From positions 3,472,001 to 3,536,000 of the forward strand of contig CATNEN010000001.1 of assembly GCA_950097015.1 (NCBI GenBank): 64,000 bases of DNA, read 5' to 3'. Positions 61,327-64,000 of the stretch are shown piece by piece; the stretch's first letter is position 1, and every line of letters begins with the position of its first letter. A program made the translations under genes and the position numbers. Under the pieces are notes generated by a model. The model was not told the DNA's origin, did no database searches, and saw only the letters and a program-made list of their open reading frames with translations. The DNA is from Macrostomum hystrix (Eukaryota > Animalia > Platyhelminthes).

Positions 61327-63610
61327 GATCCCAATGTACACTAGAGTTATATAACTTTGCTCTGAAATTTCCTTATAATGACTATTTATTTATCAACTTC
61401 ATTTTACCAGGTCTTTATCACACTGGCTCACTAGCTGGAATTGTGGCATCTGGTTGTCTTCACTCTCATGGTATAGCTAAGGGCATATGAGAACTAATCA
61501 CATAGGATCAAAGGCTATGGTAAGTGCTTAAGTACATAATCATTTTTAGTGTTAGCCCAACCCAGCCCAAGATACCAACACACAATTGCTGGTTGATTGA
61601 GCTCTTAGTTTTGATAATGCATGCACAGTAGTTTGCCTTGAGCTATTGGTTTTGAGACTGCATGAGCAGTAGTTTGCCTTAAAGCTGCTGTTTATCAAAT
61701 TCTCTCCTCTCCTCTTCTCCTCTCCCCCCTCCTCTTCTCCTCCTCTCCCCCCTCCTCTTCTCCTCTCCTCTCCCCCCTCCTCTCCCCCTCTCCCCTCCTT
61801 TCCTCTGCTCTTCTTTCCTCTCCTCTTCTCTCCTGCCTTTATTCTCCTCTTCTTTTCTTGTTTCTATAAGCAATATAAGTGATCCTAGTGTACACTAGAG
61901 TTATTTGGTCTAGTACAGTTATATAACTTTGCTATGAAATTTCTTTATAATGACTATTTATTTATCAACTTTATTTTACCAGGTCTTTATCACACTGGCT
62001 CACTAGCTGGAATTGTGGCATCTGGCTGTCTTCACTCTCATGGCATAGCTAATGGCATATGAGAACTAATCACATGATTAAAGGCTATGGTAAGTGCTTG
62101 AGTACATAATCATTTTTAGTGTTAGCCCAACCCAGCCCAAGATACCCAACACACAATTGCTGGTTGCTTGAGCTCTTAGTTTTGATAATGCATGCACAGT
62201 AGTTTGCCTTCAGCTATTGGTTGTGATACTGCATAAGCAGTTAGTTTGCCTTGAAACTGCTGTTTATGAAATTCTCTCCTCTTCTCCTCTCCCCCCTCCT
62301 CTTCTCCTCTCCTCTCCCCCCTCCTCTCCCCCTCTCCCCTCCTTTCCTCTGCTCTTCTTTCCTCTCTTCTTTCCTCTCCTCTCCCCCCTCCTCTCCCTCT
62401 CTCCCCTCCTTTCCTCTCTTCTTTCCTCTCCTCTTCTCTCCTGCCCTTTTTTCTCCTCTTCTCTACTTGTTTCTTCAAGCAATATAAGTGATCCTAGTGT
62501 ACACTAGAGTTATTTGGTCTGGTACAGGTATATAACTTTGCTCTGAAATTTCCTTATAATGACTATTTATTTATCAACTTTTTTTACCAGGTCTTTATCA
62601 CACTGGCTCACTAGCTGGAATTGTGGCATCTGGTTGTCTTCACTCTCATGGTATACCTAAGGGCATATGAGAACTAATCACATATGATTAAAGGCTATGG
62701 TAAGTGCTTGAGTACATAATCATTTTTAGTGTTAGCCCAACCCAGCCCAAGATACCCAACACACAATTGCTGGTTGCTTGAGCTCTTAGTTTTGATAATG
62801 CATGCACAGTAGTTTGCCTTGAGCTATTGGTTTTGAGACTGCATGAGCAGTAGTTTGCCTTAAAACAGCTGTTTATCAAATTCTCTCCTCTTCTCTTCTC
62901 CTCTCCCCCTCCTCTTCTCCTCTCCTCTCCCCCTCTCCCCTCCTTTCCTCTGCTCTTCTTTCCTCTTTCTTTCCTCTCCTCTCCCTCTCCCCCTCTCCCC
63001 TCCTTTCCTCTGCTCTTCTTTCCTCTCCTCTCCCCCTCTCCCCTCCTTTCCTCTGCTCTTCTTTCCTCTCCTCTTCTCTCCTGCCTTTATTCTCCTCTTC
63101 TCTTCTTGTTTCTACAAGCAATATAAGTGATCCTAGTGTACACTAGAGTTATTTGGTCTGGTACAGGTATATAACTTTGCTCTGAAATTTCCTTATAATG
63201 ACTATTTATTTATCAACTTTATTTTACCAGGTCTTTATCATACTGGCTCACTAGCTGGAATTGTGGCTTCTGGTTGTCTTCACTCTCATGGTATAGCTAA
63301 GGGCATATGAGAACTAATCACATATGATTAAAGGCTATGGTAAGTGCTTGAGTACATAATCATTTCTCAGTGTTAGCCCAACCCAGCCCAAGATACCCAA
63401 CACACAAATTTTTTGCTGGTTGCTTGAGCTCTCAGTTTTGATAATGCACGCACAGCAGATTGCCTTCAGCTATTGGTTTTGATACTGCATGAGCAGTTGT
63501 TTGCCTTGAAACTGCTGTTTATGAAATTCCTCTAGCTAGTGACTATTTATTTATGAACACTATTTTCCCCAGGTCTTTATAACTCTAGCTAGAATTGTGG
63601 CATTGCTAGC
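61327..63610. repeat. ~550-640-bp tandem repeat x~4 with variable CT-rich polypyrimidine tracts
   Basis: GATCC.A.TGTACACTAGAGTTAT at 61327, 61881, 62490, 63129. Confidence 0.92.
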
Positions 63611-64000
63611 TATCTTTACTGAGTTATCTGATGTACTAGAGTGTACACTTGAGCTATCAGATCTTGTACATTTATGCTCAAGCCCCATACACAGTTCATA
63701 CCAGCCCTGTATAATTACCTCAATTGTGGTCCTATTTAACCTAATATAGCTAACAATCCTTTATAAGCTCTTATCAGCCTTCTGCCCCTTCTTGCCTAGC
63801 TATAGATCTAAATACAAACAGCAAACCAACTGTCTCACCTCTCACACCTAACAGGACAAGGAGAGCCTATCTAACAGGACAAGGAGTCCCAAGAATCCTA
63901 GTCTGGTGTTGAAGCTGAATGGCCAACAATCAACAACAGCCTGTTGAGTGCCAACCAAAAAGACATGATTGACTAACTGTGAATAAACTAATCTTGTTCT

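Noticed and set aside
61679-63121. Glu/Arg/Gly-rich ORFs
   Set aside because: Translations of polypurine microsatellite tracts.

Overview
Eukaryotic, repeat-dense DNA with GT-AG introns, most likely from an invertebrate animal. The species cannot be determined from sequence alone. Three young, end-to-end intact mobile elements sit in an old, AT-rich, CpG-poor background of satellites and decayed exons. (1) A 10.6-kb Gypsy-like LTR element (13787-24407) with 2335-bp apparently identical LTRs, an ATAC TSD and a Leu-tRNA-like PBS. It keeps gag plus a -1-frameshifted protease but has no RT, RNase H or integrase. In their place it carries an orphan sense ORF and a hidden 3-exon antisense gene for an 89-aa tail-anchored membrane protein. 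(2) A full-length 6.05-kb LOA/R1-type LINE on the minus strand (25691-31744, 12-bp TSD; APE-RT-RNaseH-CCHC) whose first nucleotide is G1 of an HDV-like ribozyme fold. (3) A 20.2-kb Helitron (39283-59437) with a 9-exon RepHel gene (STPR-like 23-aa repeats, OTU protease, Zn finger, HUH-Y2 Rep, PIF1 helicase), an RPA70-like OB-fold gene and a small RGG/Zn-knuckle/polyQ gene, laid out as cassettes between minisatellite arrays. Also present: a 4-exon DUF4806-like gene, a tRNA-derived SINE, a 3x tandem array of tRNA-like Pol III units, and several satellites. All gene models and RNA folds were derived by eye; no database search or folding program was run.
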